Source: Cyanobacteria bacterium auto_48_18
GTDB lineage: Bacteria > Cyanobacteriota > Vampirovibrionia > Obscuribacterales > Obscuribacteraceae
Assembly: GCA_036170915.1 (NCBI GenBank)
Contig: JAVHQC010000010.1
Location: 64,001 to 128,000 of the forward strand
DNA: 64,000 nt
Direction of reading: 5' to 3'
This document shows, one piece after another, positions 17,265-27,133 of this stretch (the stretch's first letter is position 1; every line of letters begins with the position of its first letter). A program made the position numbers and the translations under genes. The notes beneath the pieces were generated by a model. The model saw nothing but the letters and a program-made list of their open reading frames with translations, was not told where the DNA came from and did no database searches.

Positions 17265-18137
17265 ATGACTACAAGAATGTTTCCACGGTGTTACAAAGAA
17301 ACTTTGACGGCAGCCCAAAAGGTTTGCTGCTATTGCCTCTTCCTCATTACAAGTGTAACGTTCATGGTCTCAAGTTATCCGCCGGCAAGTGCTCAATATC
17401 GCAAACCGCAGACGAGACCAGCTCAAAGTGGAGCAGCTACAGTCTATCCGGAATACCGCAGCCGTTATGGCAGTGTGCACTGGGTGCGCGACCAGATGCC
17501 GCTCAAAGTCTACATCTCCCCTGGTCTGACTTTAGACAGCATCATGGATCCTAAATGGGGCGCGCCTGTTGCCAACACAGACAATCTGGCAGCCTGGCCC
17601 AACCTGGTTGCCCAGGTAGTTTCAGACCCAGAGCAATTTCGGGCGCTGAAACCGGCAGATGGCTACGTAGCCGGCCATTACCAGGCGGCACTGGAAGGGG
17701 TGCTGTCATGGAAAATTTTTGAACGGGAAGGCTTGTTTTCATATCAGTTGACTGATGATCCTGGCGAAGCCGACATTTATGTCTTCTTTACCAATCACTT
17801 TGTCGGCAAGAACGGCATGGCGCTGTTCTCTCAAGACGTTCGGGGCTACACATCTAAAACAAACTTTCCCTACAAAGCCATTCTGGCGGGCGGCCAGGCC
17901 GATTTTAAACCAGCTGTAATTGTGTTGCGCACCACTGATGGTCAAGGGCAACCCATGGCACTGGGTAAATTGAAAGCAGCTGCTACTCACGAATTTGGCC
18001 ACGCCCTTGGCATAGAAGGCCACAGCACTAATCCGGGAGACTTAATGAGTCTCTATTATGGCCGTGGAGTAATATCGCCTAATGACGCGGCTACAATCAG
18101 GCATCTTTATCATCTGACACCAGATTTAATACCATAG
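17265..18137 (+). CDS. Matrixin-like (M10/metzincin) zinc metalloprotease, secreted
   Basis: HEFGHALGIEGH zinc motif, DLM Met-turn, signal-like N-terminus. Confidence 0.85.
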   Translation: MTTRMFPRCYKETLTAAQKVCCYCLFLITSVTFMVSSYPPASAQYRKPQTRPAQSGAATVYPEYRSRYGSVHWVRDQMPLKVYISPGLTLDSIMDPKWGAPVANTDNLAAWPNLVAQVVSDPEQFRALKPADGYVAGHYQAALEGVLSWKIFEREGLFSYQLTDDPGEADIYVFFTNHFVGKNGMALFSQDVRGYTSKTNFPYKAILAGGQADFKPAVIVLRTTDGQGQPMALGKLKAAATHEFGHALGIEGHSTNPGDLMSLYYGRGVISPNDAATIRHLYHLTPDLIP

Positions 18138-18152
18138 AAAGATGCCATTGCA

Positions 18153-19124
18153 ATGACTGATTTTGACGATTACCAATCAAGACGACCGAAGCCCAGGCCT
18201 ACAAGGATGCCACGCGCCTATCAGCCGAAAGAAGATCTAGACGATAGCGACGGCTTCAACGACGATTTTACTCAGCATGTACCTGAAACAAGACGCGAAC
18301 CAAAAGTAAGCACAGACTTCTCACGCAGCCGCAAATCATCGAGCAGGCCGCAAAGCTTTGATCCTCGTGGTACTGAAATTGGCCCAGCAAGCGGCAGTAG
18401 AGGGAAAAAGAAAGGCGGCAAAAAATCATTCAGTGAAGACGATAAAGAAACAAGAAGCAAAAAACTTCGCAACTTACTCAGCAATCAGGCTCTCTGCCTC
18501 GTTATTATATTTGGCCTGCTTGGTGCCTTTAACTGGATGGCCACCGACTACAGCGGAGAATACATCAGCCAGGATAAAAACCTTGGACTGGTCAAACTAT
18601 CATTGATACGTCGCGCCACCACCATTGATGGCGAACTTTATTACAAAAACACGCCGACTATGGAAATGCAACAGGGCGAACAGCCTAAAGAAGGCCAGGT
18701 TGACTTGGTTTTTGTCAATCAAAATAAGTGGGCAGTCAGACCTCGCTCTATTCAACGCGCTCGCTTTATCGGCACCATTGATGGTTCTATGGCCGAAGGC
18801 GCCGTGGTAGATGCCCGCGGCAGCCACCCTGTACGCCTGACGAAAAACATTGTGGCATCGCTTTTTAAACAGCTGCAAGCGCACATTCCTACCTGGCGAA
18901 CACCACCACCACCAACGTTCTTCCATGTACCTGATCATGCGCCACAGCAGGCAATAACACCCATGCCCGGTCAAGCTCGCTTCAATCAGACTTCCAATAG
19001 TGGTGCTGTCAATCTTAATCGCCGCGGGCGCTCGAACGATTCACAAAGCGCCAGCCCAAAAGAAGGGTCGGCGCCTCAGCCCTTTAACCTGACTTCGCCT
19101 TTCAAGCAGTTTCAGTCTAAATAA
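18153..19124 (+). CDS. Hypothetical single-pass membrane protein
   Basis: Charged disordered N-terminus, one TM helix, beta-rich domain, Pro-rich tail. Confidence 0.7.
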   Translation: MTDFDDYQSRRPKPRPTRMPRAYQPKEDLDDSDGFNDDFTQHVPETRREPKVSTDFSRSRKSSSRPQSFDPRGTEIGPASGSRGKKKGGKKSFSEDDKETRSKKLRNLLSNQALCLVIIFGLLGAFNWMATDYSGEYISQDKNLGLVKLSLIRRATTIDGELYYKNTPTMEMQQGEQPKEGQVDLVFVNQNKWAVRPRSIQRARFIGTIDGSMAEGAVVDARGSHPVRLTKNIVASLFKQLQAHIPTWRTPPPPTFFHVPDHAPQQAITPMPGQARFNQTSNSGAVNLNRRGRSNDSQSASPKEGSAPQPFNLTSPFKQFQSK

Positions 19125-20103
19125 CTTTTGATGCCTGCACAGCAGCTTTTGCACTTTTAGCAGACGGCCCTGGCCCATGAATCAATTCAATAACAGTGGC
19201 CGCTGGCGGGCAGAACAAGCGAATATTGCTTCTTGGGTCAGCACCAAGGCCGCGCGAAACATGAATTTTGGTGCCGCCTACATCAACCATGCCCGAGGCA
19301 TTTTTTCTCGACAAATCAGAATCGGTAATTAAGGCACCAAGACCCGGCACGCGAATTTGTCCACCATGTGTGTGCCCACCAAAAGCGGCATGAAATCCGG
19401 CTTTAGAGAAGCTATCAAGATACTTAGGCACATGAAAGAGAGCCAATTTGAGGGCATCAGCTGGAGCCTTGTCCATCATCTGCTGCAGCTCATTTTCTTT
19501 CATGCCAAAATAATCAATGCCGACAATGAAGAGATTTTCTTCGGCAATGAGAACGCTTTCGTTAATGAGAACTTTAAATCCACCAGCCTCGAGTGAAATA
19601 CGATGAGGCTCAACATTGTTGCGATGTACCGGATGCCTGTACTTGCGATTGAGACGACCAAAAGTCTTATTGAAAATGGAGTAGTCATAATAATCGTGAT
19701 TGCCAAAGACCGCATAGGCACCTAAGCGCGGCTTACGGCTGAGCAGGCTCGGACCAAATTTGAGCCCATCCAAGAACTCAAAAACATCACCAGTTAAAAC
19801 AATCAGGTCATAGTCTTCGTCTGTAATCTTGCGAATAAACTGTACTTTTTCCTCATCATTGCCAGAAAGATGCAAATCTGAAATGTGTAAAATCTTCAAA
19901 TTTTGCTTGCCGCTTGCCGCACCGCCCACGGTGCCTGTGCGTACTCGCAATTGTTCGAGGCGAAAGCGTTTAGTCTCTACTCTGGTGCCATAATAAAAAA
20001 GCCCCAGTCCAAGCCCAAGGGTTACCGCTGCCAGACCAGCTAAACCTAAATACAGCTTCCAGTTAACCTGACTGAGATCTTTAGACAAACTCTTCCACCA
20101 CAT
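19117..20103 (-). CDS. Metallophosphoesterase (YkuE/YaeI-like)
   Basis: HISDLH, LTGD, GNHD, GHTHGGQ, SRGLG. Confidence 0.9.
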   Translation of the reverse strand: MWWKSLSKDLSQVNWKLYLGLAGLAAVTLGLGLGLFYYGTRVETKRFRLEQLRVRTGTVGGAASGKQNLKILHISDLHLSGNDEEKVQFIRKITDEDYDLIVLTGDVFEFLDGLKFGPSLLSRKPRLGAYAVFGNHDYYDYSIFNKTFGRLNRKYRHPVHRNNVEPHRISLEAGGFKVLINESVLIAEENLFIVGIDYFGMKENELQQMMDKAPADALKLALFHVPKYLDSFSKAGFHAAFGGHTHGGQIRVPGLGALITDSDLSRKNASGMVDVGGTKIHVSRGLGADPRSNIRLFCPPAATVIELIHGPGPSAKSAKAAVQASKVI

Positions 20104-20980
20104 GATAGCGCTCTGTCGGTTTCGCTTGTGGTGCTGTGCGGGAACTCAATTCTGGTGCCACCAGAGTTCGAGTCAACCAGCGAAATGGAAAAGCGATACC
20201 AACTAAAATTACACTACAGAGGACGTCGTAGGGCAGCGGATACCAGGTCATATTGCGAGCCAGTTGAAACACCCAGGGCTGCCAGGCCAGCGAGGCACGG
20301 TTGCCGTCAAGCAAGTATGAAACCAGACAACTGCCGAGCAAATAGAAAATTCCCGACAGATGCACAACCGTTAAGCCTGCCGCTATTGAGAGGATTTGCA
20401 CCAAACTAGTGCGAGGACCGCGTGTAATCATTCCCACCACAGCGGCTGCTGGAATTAGGGCCAGAAGATAGCCGAAACCTGGCTGTTGATAGTAATCAGG
20501 CCCACCACCAGAAGCAAAAGAGTGGATGCCCAGGAATGGCCCAATCAGGCCCAAGAAGACAAAAGTAGCACAAGCACTGGCACCGATCACCGGCCCGAGA
20601 ACGTAACCGATGAAAATGGCAGCGGCAGCCAGGGGCATATAGAAAGTTTTGCGCACAGGAGCATTGGCTTTAGTTAAAAGCGGCACACGGCTCTCTAGTG
20701 TAGTTTCAATCTTGCTTTTGTAACGTTCTGGAATCAGGTGATAGCCATCGCGCAGCTGATTTTCGCCAAAAGCGATGAGATTGCGCTGGCTAGCCACCGG
20801 CACCTCAAAAGATGTGAACTGGGCCAGAAAAAGCACCAACATACCTAGAAGGGTCAAAATAATCTGGCCTAAAGTAGACCTGCGTTTGATGCGCGGTGCA
20901 ATATCCTGGGCAACTAAACGCAATTGAACCTCCAGCCGTTTAACATGTCTATTTTCGTTTGCCGCCTTATGACAAGTCAA
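20081..20980 (-). CDS. bioY: BioY family biotin transporter S-component
   Basis: GYVLGPVIG, FASGGGPDY..QPGFGYLL; multi-TM. Confidence 0.75.
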   Translation of the reverse strand: MTCHKAANENRHVKRLEVQLRLVAQDIAPRIKRRSTLGQIILTLLGMLVLFLAQFTSFEVPVASQRNLIAFGENQLRDGYHLIPERYKSKIETTLESRVPLLTKANAPVRKTFYMPLAAAAIFIGYVLGPVIGASACATFVFLGLIGPFLGIHSFASGGGPDYYQQPGFGYLLALIPAAAVVGMITRGPRTSLVQILSIAAGLTVVHLSGIFYLLGSCLVSYLLDGNRASLAWQPWVFQLARNMTWYPLPYDVLCSVILVGIAFPFRWLTRTLVAPELSSRTAPQAKPTERYHVVEEFV

Positions 20981-21068
20981 CCCCTGCTATATACAGAGCA
21001 TGACTAGAAGTAATGACTTTTTTGGCAATATCGTACGATTTAAGCTAACTTTTGAGCCGAAGTGCGCC

Positions 21069-21674
21069 TCAAGAGAGGGTATCGTCGGCGTCACATTCGA
21101 GCTCAGGGCGCATAAACAGCTTGTCTAGAGCATCGAGATCGCCTACTACCTCGGCCAATCCACGCTCTTTCACTCTTTTCTTAAATAAAGTAAGGAAATC
21201 AGGAGAGGTCAGCCTGTCGGTCCACAAAACCATGGCGTCTTCGTCATTGTCTTGATAGTAGTTGGGACGAATACCTAAGCTGCGAAAACCATACTTACCA
21301 TACAGACGTTGGGCAGACTCGTTGGAAATGCGCACTTCCAGTGTGACTAAATCGGCTGCCATTTTGCGCGCCTGAATAATGTCGTTAACCAAAAGACGCT
21401 CGCCCACATGCATGCGGCGATACTCGGGATGCACAGCCAAAGTGGTGATGTGCGCTTCGTCGCCGATTAACCAGTAACCCGAATAACCAATCAAATGACC
21501 TTCACTGTCACGCGCAGCAAAATAATGGCCGCTGGTATTGAGCAGCTCATTCATGAACGACTGACGCGACCAGTGGTGCGAGCCGAAAGCCACGGGTTCA
21601 ATTTCCATGACTTCTTCGAGATCGCTTAAGGTCAAAGCGCTAATCTCAATTACTTTCGACTTTTTCGATAGCAT
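21069..21674 (-). CDS. rimI: RimI-like GNAT acetyltransferase
   Basis: EAHITTLAVHPEYRR, LEVRISNESAQRLY, RPNYY..EDA; directly downstream of tsaB. Confidence 0.9.
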   Translation of the reverse strand: MLSKKSKVIEISALTLSDLEEVMEIEPVAFGSHHWSRQSFMNELLNTSGHYFAARDSEGHLIGYSGYWLIGDEAHITTLAVHPEYRRMHVGERLLVNDIIQARKMAADLVTLEVRISNESAQRLYGKYGFRSLGIRPNYYQDNDEDAMVLWTDRLTSPDFLTLFKKRVKERGLAEVVGDLDALDKLFMRPELECDADDTLS

Positions 21675-22455
21675 CGCCTTTTTTCAGTGTCACTGATGCG
21701 CCCCGCAAATAGAGCGGCTCTGTTAGCCGATAGTGAAATGCAGCAGGCTCGGTTATACCTTTCAAAGATACCCGAAGCCAGGCAATTTTGGCTTGTTCTG
21801 CAGCAATATTCTTAACGGGCGGCAGCAATTGGCAATTACGCAACTGCGGCAGGCGCTCTAAAACACTGGCGTCGCAATACCAGCGCGGCGCCAAATTTTG
21901 CTCAGCCAACATGGTTTCATAAGTCAGATAGCGCGGCAAAACGGCGGCCGCCACATCGGCAAAATCTAAACCAGCACCCTGAGCCTGTGTATACACAGCC
22001 ATATAACAATGAGTGCGAGAGGCTTCTTTGATAATGCCGACGCACTCTTCAGGCTGTAAATTAAAGCAAGCCACTTCAAGGGAATTAATTCCAATCAACG
22101 GCACTTTTAAGGCCTGGGCAATTGTGCGCGCAGTAGTGATGGCGACACGAATACCAGTAAATCCGCCTGGTCCAATGCCTACAGCCAGGCAACCAATGTC
22201 GCTTTTATTCAGGCCGTGTTCGCTCAAAAGTTTATCAATGGTGGGAATCAGCAAACTGACCGACTCTTGTCGGTTGGTTTTCTTAGCGCCGACGCTCGGT
22301 GCCGCAAGGGGCAACCGGGGATCATGAGCAGACAATTCACCAAAATCAATGCGCTCTTGCGCAATCAGCTTGCCACCAGCCTTGGTGCTACTGCCGCCTT
22401 CAAAGAGAGCGACCGTGAGTTCGCGGCCACTGGTATCAAAGGAAAGAAATAGCAT
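21646..22455 (-). CDS. tsaB: tRNA threonylcarbamoyladenosine biosynthesis protein TsaB
   Basis: SFDTS, GIGPGGFTGIRV, EPLYLR. Confidence 0.92.
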   Translation of the reverse strand: MLFLSFDTSGRELTVALFEGGSSTKAGGKLIAQERIDFGELSAHDPRLPLAAPSVGAKKTNRQESVSLLIPTIDKLLSEHGLNKSDIGCLAVGIGPGGFTGIRVAITTARTIAQALKVPLIGINSLEVACFNLQPEECVGIIKEASRTHCYMAVYTQAQGAGLDFADVAAAVLPRYLTYETMLAEQNLAPRWYCDASVLERLPQLRNCQLLPPVKNIAAEQAKIAWLRVSLKGITEPAAFHYRLTEPLYLRGASVTLKKGDAIEKVESN

Positions 22456-25400
22456 TACTGTTCTTTTGCAGCAGTGCCACTCGCAGTCTTGACACCATTG
22501 CCGTTCGCATCAATTGATTCATTAGAATCGCTTGAATTGCTTGAATTGCTTGAATTGATTGGATCACTTAGATCCTTTGGATCAATCGGATCAACGTCAG
22601 CGGTTTCTTCACCAAGTGGTGCCATGGCAATTGTATCTTCGTATGCCTCGTCATCGTCACCGTCTTCGATTTCTAGTAGCTCAACACCCACGGACGGATT
22701 TGTCGCATCTTCCGACGAAGCCGCTCCAGCCATGAGTTCAGCCATTCCGGGCCCATTCAAGATGGCTTCGAGTTCTTCGATATTTAAGCCACCATCTTCA
22801 TGGCCGAAGCTTTGCGCTTCTTGCACCTGCTTGATGATATTGATTAGATCTTCAGGTGTCATGCCTTCAGGCAAATTCTCAAATGTCAAATTGTCCAGAT
22901 CGTCAATTTCAATAGATTGAGGCTGGGCGCGGAATATTTGCTGAATTGCTTCAGTTTGAATACTGCGCAGAAGCTGGTTAAACATGTTGAAAGCTTCGCG
23001 TTTGTACTCTTGCAAAGGATCTTTCTGGGCGTAGGTGCGCAGATTAATGCCATCACGCAATAGATCGATATTGTGCAAATAATCAACCCATTTGCTGTCG
23101 ATATTGTGCAGCAAAACTTGCCGCTCAAATTCGCGCATGTCTTCAGCGCCGATGTGCTCTTCTCTAACTTTATAGGCCAGCTCTAGATCTTCCCAGAGTT
23201 TTTGTCTCAAGTCGTCGTAAGCAAGATTTTTCAGGTCTTCTACTTTGACTTCAGCCATCATGGGCACATCTACAGCCAGATTGCGCAGAACCTCAGGCAG
23301 CTGCTCTTCTTCCCACATGTCGCTTGGCGCATCAGGGTCGATCTGCGCTTCAAGAATAAGATCGAGGTGCTCACGCAGCATGTCGTGCATGCCGGCCCGC
23401 AAATCGGCTTTCTCTAAAATGCGTCTGCGTTCACGATAGATTACTTCACGCTGAGTGTTCAAAACATCATCGTATTGCAAAACGTGTTTTCTGGTATCGA
23501 AGTGGTGCGCTTCTACTTTTTTCTGCGCGTTCTCAATAGACTTGCTCACCATGCCCGATTCGATAGGCATGTCTTCGTCAGCTTTGATCATATCCATCAA
23601 CTTAGATATGGCGGCACCACCGAAGATGCGCATCAACTGATCTTCAAGCGACAAGAAAAAGCGAGTGGTGCCGGGGTCACCCTGTCGTCCAGCGCGACCG
23701 CGCAGCTGATTATCGATGCGGCGGGCTTCGTGACGCTCGGTACCAATAATATGCAAACCACCAACTTTGACCACTTCATCGTGTTCTTTGTCGGTCTGCT
23801 CTTTCATTTTTATGGTCAGCTCTTTGACCTTGGCATCATAGAGAGCGAGACGCTCCGGATCGTGCAGTAAGTCTTCTGAGTCAGGAAACTCTTTTAAAAG
23901 TTTCTCTTTGGCCAGATACTCGGCGTTACCACCAAGCAAAATATCAGTACCACGACCGGCCATGTTAGTCGCAACGGTTACGGCCGCTTTACGCCCGGCC
24001 TGAGCCACAATCATGGCTTCTTTATCGTGTTGTTTGGCATTGAGCACATGGTGATCAATACCCTTGCGAATCACTGCCACCACTTTGGCTGTGCGCAGCG
24101 CAGAGAAGAGTCTTTCTGCCAGTTCTTCTTCTTTGGGAAATTCACTTTCGGCTTTTTTAACAAGAGTCTCGAGCTTATCGACTTCAATTTGACCGGGACG
24201 CTCAAAAATTTTGCGCAATCCGTCGATTGTCTCTCCACTGAGGTTTCTGGCCTTCATATGAGCGTCAATTCTTTTGATTTTCTCAAGAAGATATTGGCTC
24301 ATGCCCTGCGGCTTACTTAAAAGGTCGTCAATCAGCTCTGACTTTTCAATGGACACAGTACCTACGAGTACCGGGCGACCGAGCTCGTACATGTCCACAA
24401 TTTCTTCAACCACGGCGATATATTTCATGCGCTCGTTCTTGTAGATAATGTCTGGAGAATCGACGCGCTGGTTGTTGCGATTTGTGGGTATCGCCACAAC
24501 ATCAAGGTTGTAAATTTTAGAGAACTCAGCTGCTTCAGTCATAGCCGTACCGGTCATACCAGCCAGCTTTGGATAAAGTCTGAACAAGTTTTGATAGGTA
24601 ATGGACGCGTAAGTCATGGTCTCTTCTTGAATCGGCACGCGCTCTTTCGCTTCAATCGCCTGGTGCAAACCATCGCTCCAGCGGCGGCCCTGCATCATGC
24701 GGCCGGTAAATTCATCGACGATGCAAATTTCTGGCTTGCCTTCTTCGTTTGGATGAATTACATACTCGGTATCGATGCGATAAAGCTCTTTTGCTCTCAA
24801 AGCTTGCACCAGGTGGTGCGAATAATTGTTATGCATATCGAACAGATCTGGCACATCAAGCATCTTTTCAGCGTTGATGATGCCTTGCTCTGTAAGCAAA
24901 ACGTTGCGTTGCTTTTCGTCTACCCAGTAGTCGCATTCTTCGTCATCTTTGTCTTTACCGCGCTCAAGCAGCGGGGCCAATTGCGACATACGCACATAAA
25001 GATCGGCGTGAGAATCACGAGGGAAGCCCGAAATGATTAGCGGTGTTCTGGCTTCGTCAATGAGAATGTTATCGACTTCGTCAACAATGGCAAAGTAATA
25101 AGGACGCTGCACCAGCTCTTCTAAAGACTTGCGCATATTATCGCGCAAATAGTCGAAACCAAATTCGTGGTTGGTACCATAGGTGATATCAGCACGATAA
25201 GCTTGATATTTTTCGTGATCAGGTTGATGCGAATAAACCAGCCCTGTGCTCAGGCCAAGAAACTTATATAAACGGCCCATCCACTCAGAGTCACGTCTGG
25301 CCAGGTAATCGTTTACTGTGACCACATGAACGCCGCGACCAGCAAGCGCATTGAGATAAGTCGGCAGAGTAGCTACCAGGGTCTTACCTTCACCTGTGCG

Positions 25401-25808
25401 CATTTCAGCAATTTTATTGAAGTGCAGCGCTGCCCCACCCATAAACTGCACATCGAAGTGGCGCATACCAAGCACGCGCTTGCTCGCTTCGCGACAAACG
25501 GCGAAAGCCTCAGGCAGCATTTGTTCTAAAAGATGTGAGAGCACGATGTCTTTTTTCGTGCGCATTTGCCCCGGCATTTTTGGAGTTTCGTCGGGAATGA
25601 GCTTGATGTCTTCCACATCTTTCAGCGCTTCGGCGATGCGGTTTTTAAATTCGTCAGTTTTAGCTCGCAGTTCTTCGTCAGACAATTTCTGCATAGCGGC
25701 TTCAAAAGAATTGGCTTTATCGACATACGGTTGCAGATGCTGCACGCGCTTTTCGTTGGTGTCGCCAAACAGACGTTTTAAAAAACCGTCAATACCATCC
25801 AACATCAA
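22455..25808 (-). CDS. secA: Preprotein translocase ATPase SecA, with an internal insertion and an acidic C-tail
   Basis: MRTGEGKT, VTVNDYLARRD, DEVD, GRRWSDGLHQAIEAKE, ATNMAGRGTDI, RRIDNQLRGRAGRQGDPG. Confidence 0.98.
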   Translation of the reverse strand: MMLDGIDGFLKRLFGDTNEKRVQHLQPYVDKANSFEAAMQKLSDEELRAKTDEFKNRIAEALKDVEDIKLIPDETPKMPGQMRTKKDIVLSHLLEQMLPEAFAVCREASKRVLGMRHFDVQFMGGAALHFNKIAEMRTGEGKTLVATLPTYLNALAGRGVHVVTVNDYLARRDSEWMGRLYKFLGLSTGLVYSHQPDHEKYQAYRADITYGTNHEFGFDYLRDNMRKSLEELVQRPYYFAIVDEVDNILIDEARTPLIISGFPRDSHADLYVRMSQLAPLLERGKDKDDEECDYWVDEKQRNVLLTEQGIINAEKMLDVPDLFDMHNNYSHHLVQALRAKELYRIDTEYVIHPNEEGKPEICIVDEFTGRMMQGRRWSDGLHQAIEAKERVPIQEETMTYASITYQNLFRLYPKLAGMTGTAMTEAAEFSKIYNLDVVAIPTNRNNQRVDSPDIIYKNERMKYIAVVEEIVDMYELGRPVLVGTVSIEKSELIDDLLSKPQGMSQYLLEKIKRIDAHMKARNLSGETIDGLRKIFERPGQIEVDKLETLVKKAESEFPKEEELAERLFSALRTAKVVAVIRKGIDHHVLNAKQHDKEAMIVAQAGRKAAVTVATNMAGRGTDILLGGNAEYLAKEKLLKEFPDSEDLLHDPERLALYDAKVKELTIKMKEQTDKEHDEVVKVGGLHIIGTERHEARRIDNQLRGRAGRQGDPGTTRFFLSLEDQLMRIFGGAAISKLMDMIKADEDMPIESGMVSKSIENAQKKVEAHHFDTRKHVLQYDDVLNTQREVIYRERRRILEKADLRAGMHDMLREHLDLILEAQIDPDAPSDMWEEEQLPEVLRNLAVDVPMMAEVKVEDLKNLAYDDLRQKLWEDLELAYKVREEHIGAEDMREFERQVLLHNIDSKWVDYLHNIDLLRDGINLRTYAQKDPLQEYKREAFNMFNQLLRSIQTEAIQQIFRAQPQSIEIDDLDNLTFENLPEGMTPEDLINIIKQVQEAQSFGHEDGGLNIEELEAILNGPGMAELMAGAASSEDATNPSVGVELLEIEDGDDDEAYEDTIAMAPLGEETADVDPIDPKDLSDPINSSNSSNSSDSNESIDANGNGVKTASGTAAKEQ

Positions 25809-26025
25809 CTAAATCTCCCGCAAAGCCAGCCAAGGGCGTATCTTACCGCGCAAAACGAAGTAAAGGCGCCACTGCAAGTGTATTTTAACATCTTGCAGCA
25901 TCCATCCCGCTTGTGAGCCACACTGGCCGGCGCCTGCTATCATGGTCAACTGCTCGTCAAGCGCCCAAGTGCAGGCTCCGGCGCAAACTTTATGAGTAAA
26001 ACTAAACTGAATATCAGGAATAACA

Positions 26026-27114
26026 ATGACCACAGGCGACACAAGCGAAATAAAAGAAGATGCCGCTCATTTAGCGCCAAAACAGGCGTTATCGGGCCTT
26101 TCTTTGGCAGAGCTGACCAAATTCGTTAAAACGCTTGGCCTGCCGGTCTTCAGAGCAAAGCAAATCCACACCTGGATTTACGTCAAGTATGCCAATTCTT
26201 TTGAAGAAATGACCGACCTCTCAGTGGAGCTGCGCCACAAGCTCAATCAGGTGGCTCAGGTGCCTCTGCTCAAAATTGCCCACCTGGAAGTAAGCAGGGA
26301 CGGCACTCGCAAATATCTCTTCCAGCTGCCTGATGGCAAACTGGTGGAATCGGTGCTCATGACATTCCAGGACCGTGACAGTTTGTCGGCCTGCGTTTCA
26401 TCACAAGTGGGCTGCGCCGTGGGTTGCACTTTCTGCGCCACTGGCTACCTGGGCTTCAAACGCAATTTGACCCAGCAAGAAATAGTCGATCAGGCCATGT
26501 CGATTCAACGCGAATCTGGCAAACGCATCGCAAATATTGTTTACATGGGCCAGGGCGAGCCACTGCTAAACACTGAAGAAGTAATTGCTTCTATACACAC
26601 GATTAATCAGTCTGTGGGAATCGGGGCGCGTCACATCACTGTTTCTACCTCAGGTGTAGTGCCGGGCATCAATCGCCTGGCGGAAGAAAATTTGCCTGTT
26701 ACGCTGGCACTTTCACTGCACGCCCCAGACGCAACCACCCGCGAAGAAATTGTGCCGATTACTAAAAAATGGCCAATCAACGAAGTCATGGCGGCGGTGC
26801 GAAACTATTACAATGCCACCAAACGCAGAGTCACCATTGAATATGTTTTGCTTGAAGGCGTAAACGATTCTGTTGAACAAGCAGTGCAGCTGGCCGAAAT
26901 GGTGCGCGATTTGCACTGCAATATCAATTTGATTCCGTTCAATCCGACCAAAAATAACGACGGCGAAATTTTATACGGCCGCCCGCAACTCTCAGCCCAG
27001 CACAAGTTTGCCAGCGCCGCAGCGCGCACAGGCAAAACAGTCACCATACGCTTAGAGCGTGGCACCGATATCGACGCTGCTTGTGGGCAATTGGCAAACA
27101 AATTTGTGGAATAA
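26026..27114 (+). CDS. rlmN: 23S rRNA/tRNA m2A methyltransferase RlmN (radical SAM)
   Basis: CVSSQVGCAVGCTFC, MGQGEP, SLHA, DIDAACGQL. Confidence 0.95.
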   Translation: MTTGDTSEIKEDAAHLAPKQALSGLSLAELTKFVKTLGLPVFRAKQIHTWIYVKYANSFEEMTDLSVELRHKLNQVAQVPLLKIAHLEVSRDGTRKYLFQLPDGKLVESVLMTFQDRDSLSACVSSQVGCAVGCTFCATGYLGFKRNLTQQEIVDQAMSIQRESGKRIANIVYMGQGEPLLNTEEVIASIHTINQSVGIGARHITVSTSGVVPGINRLAEENLPVTLALSLHAPDATTREEIVPITKKWPINEVMAAVRNYYNATKRRVTIEYVLLEGVNDSVEQAVQLAEMVRDLHCNINLIPFNPTKNNDGEILYGRPQLSAQHKFASAAARTGKTVTIRLERGTDIDAACGQLANKFVE

Positions 27115-27133
27115 AATTAGCAACTAAATTGCT

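Noticed and set aside
24067..24317. SecA insertion as an intein
   Set aside because: Too short, helical and charged, and lacking the block B and C-terminal His-Asn plus Cys/Ser/Thr splice motifs
22474..25812. Multiple 60-150-aa antisense ORFs within secA, and similar ones in other long genes
   Set aside because: They are expected antisense shadows with no independent RBS or domain evidence.
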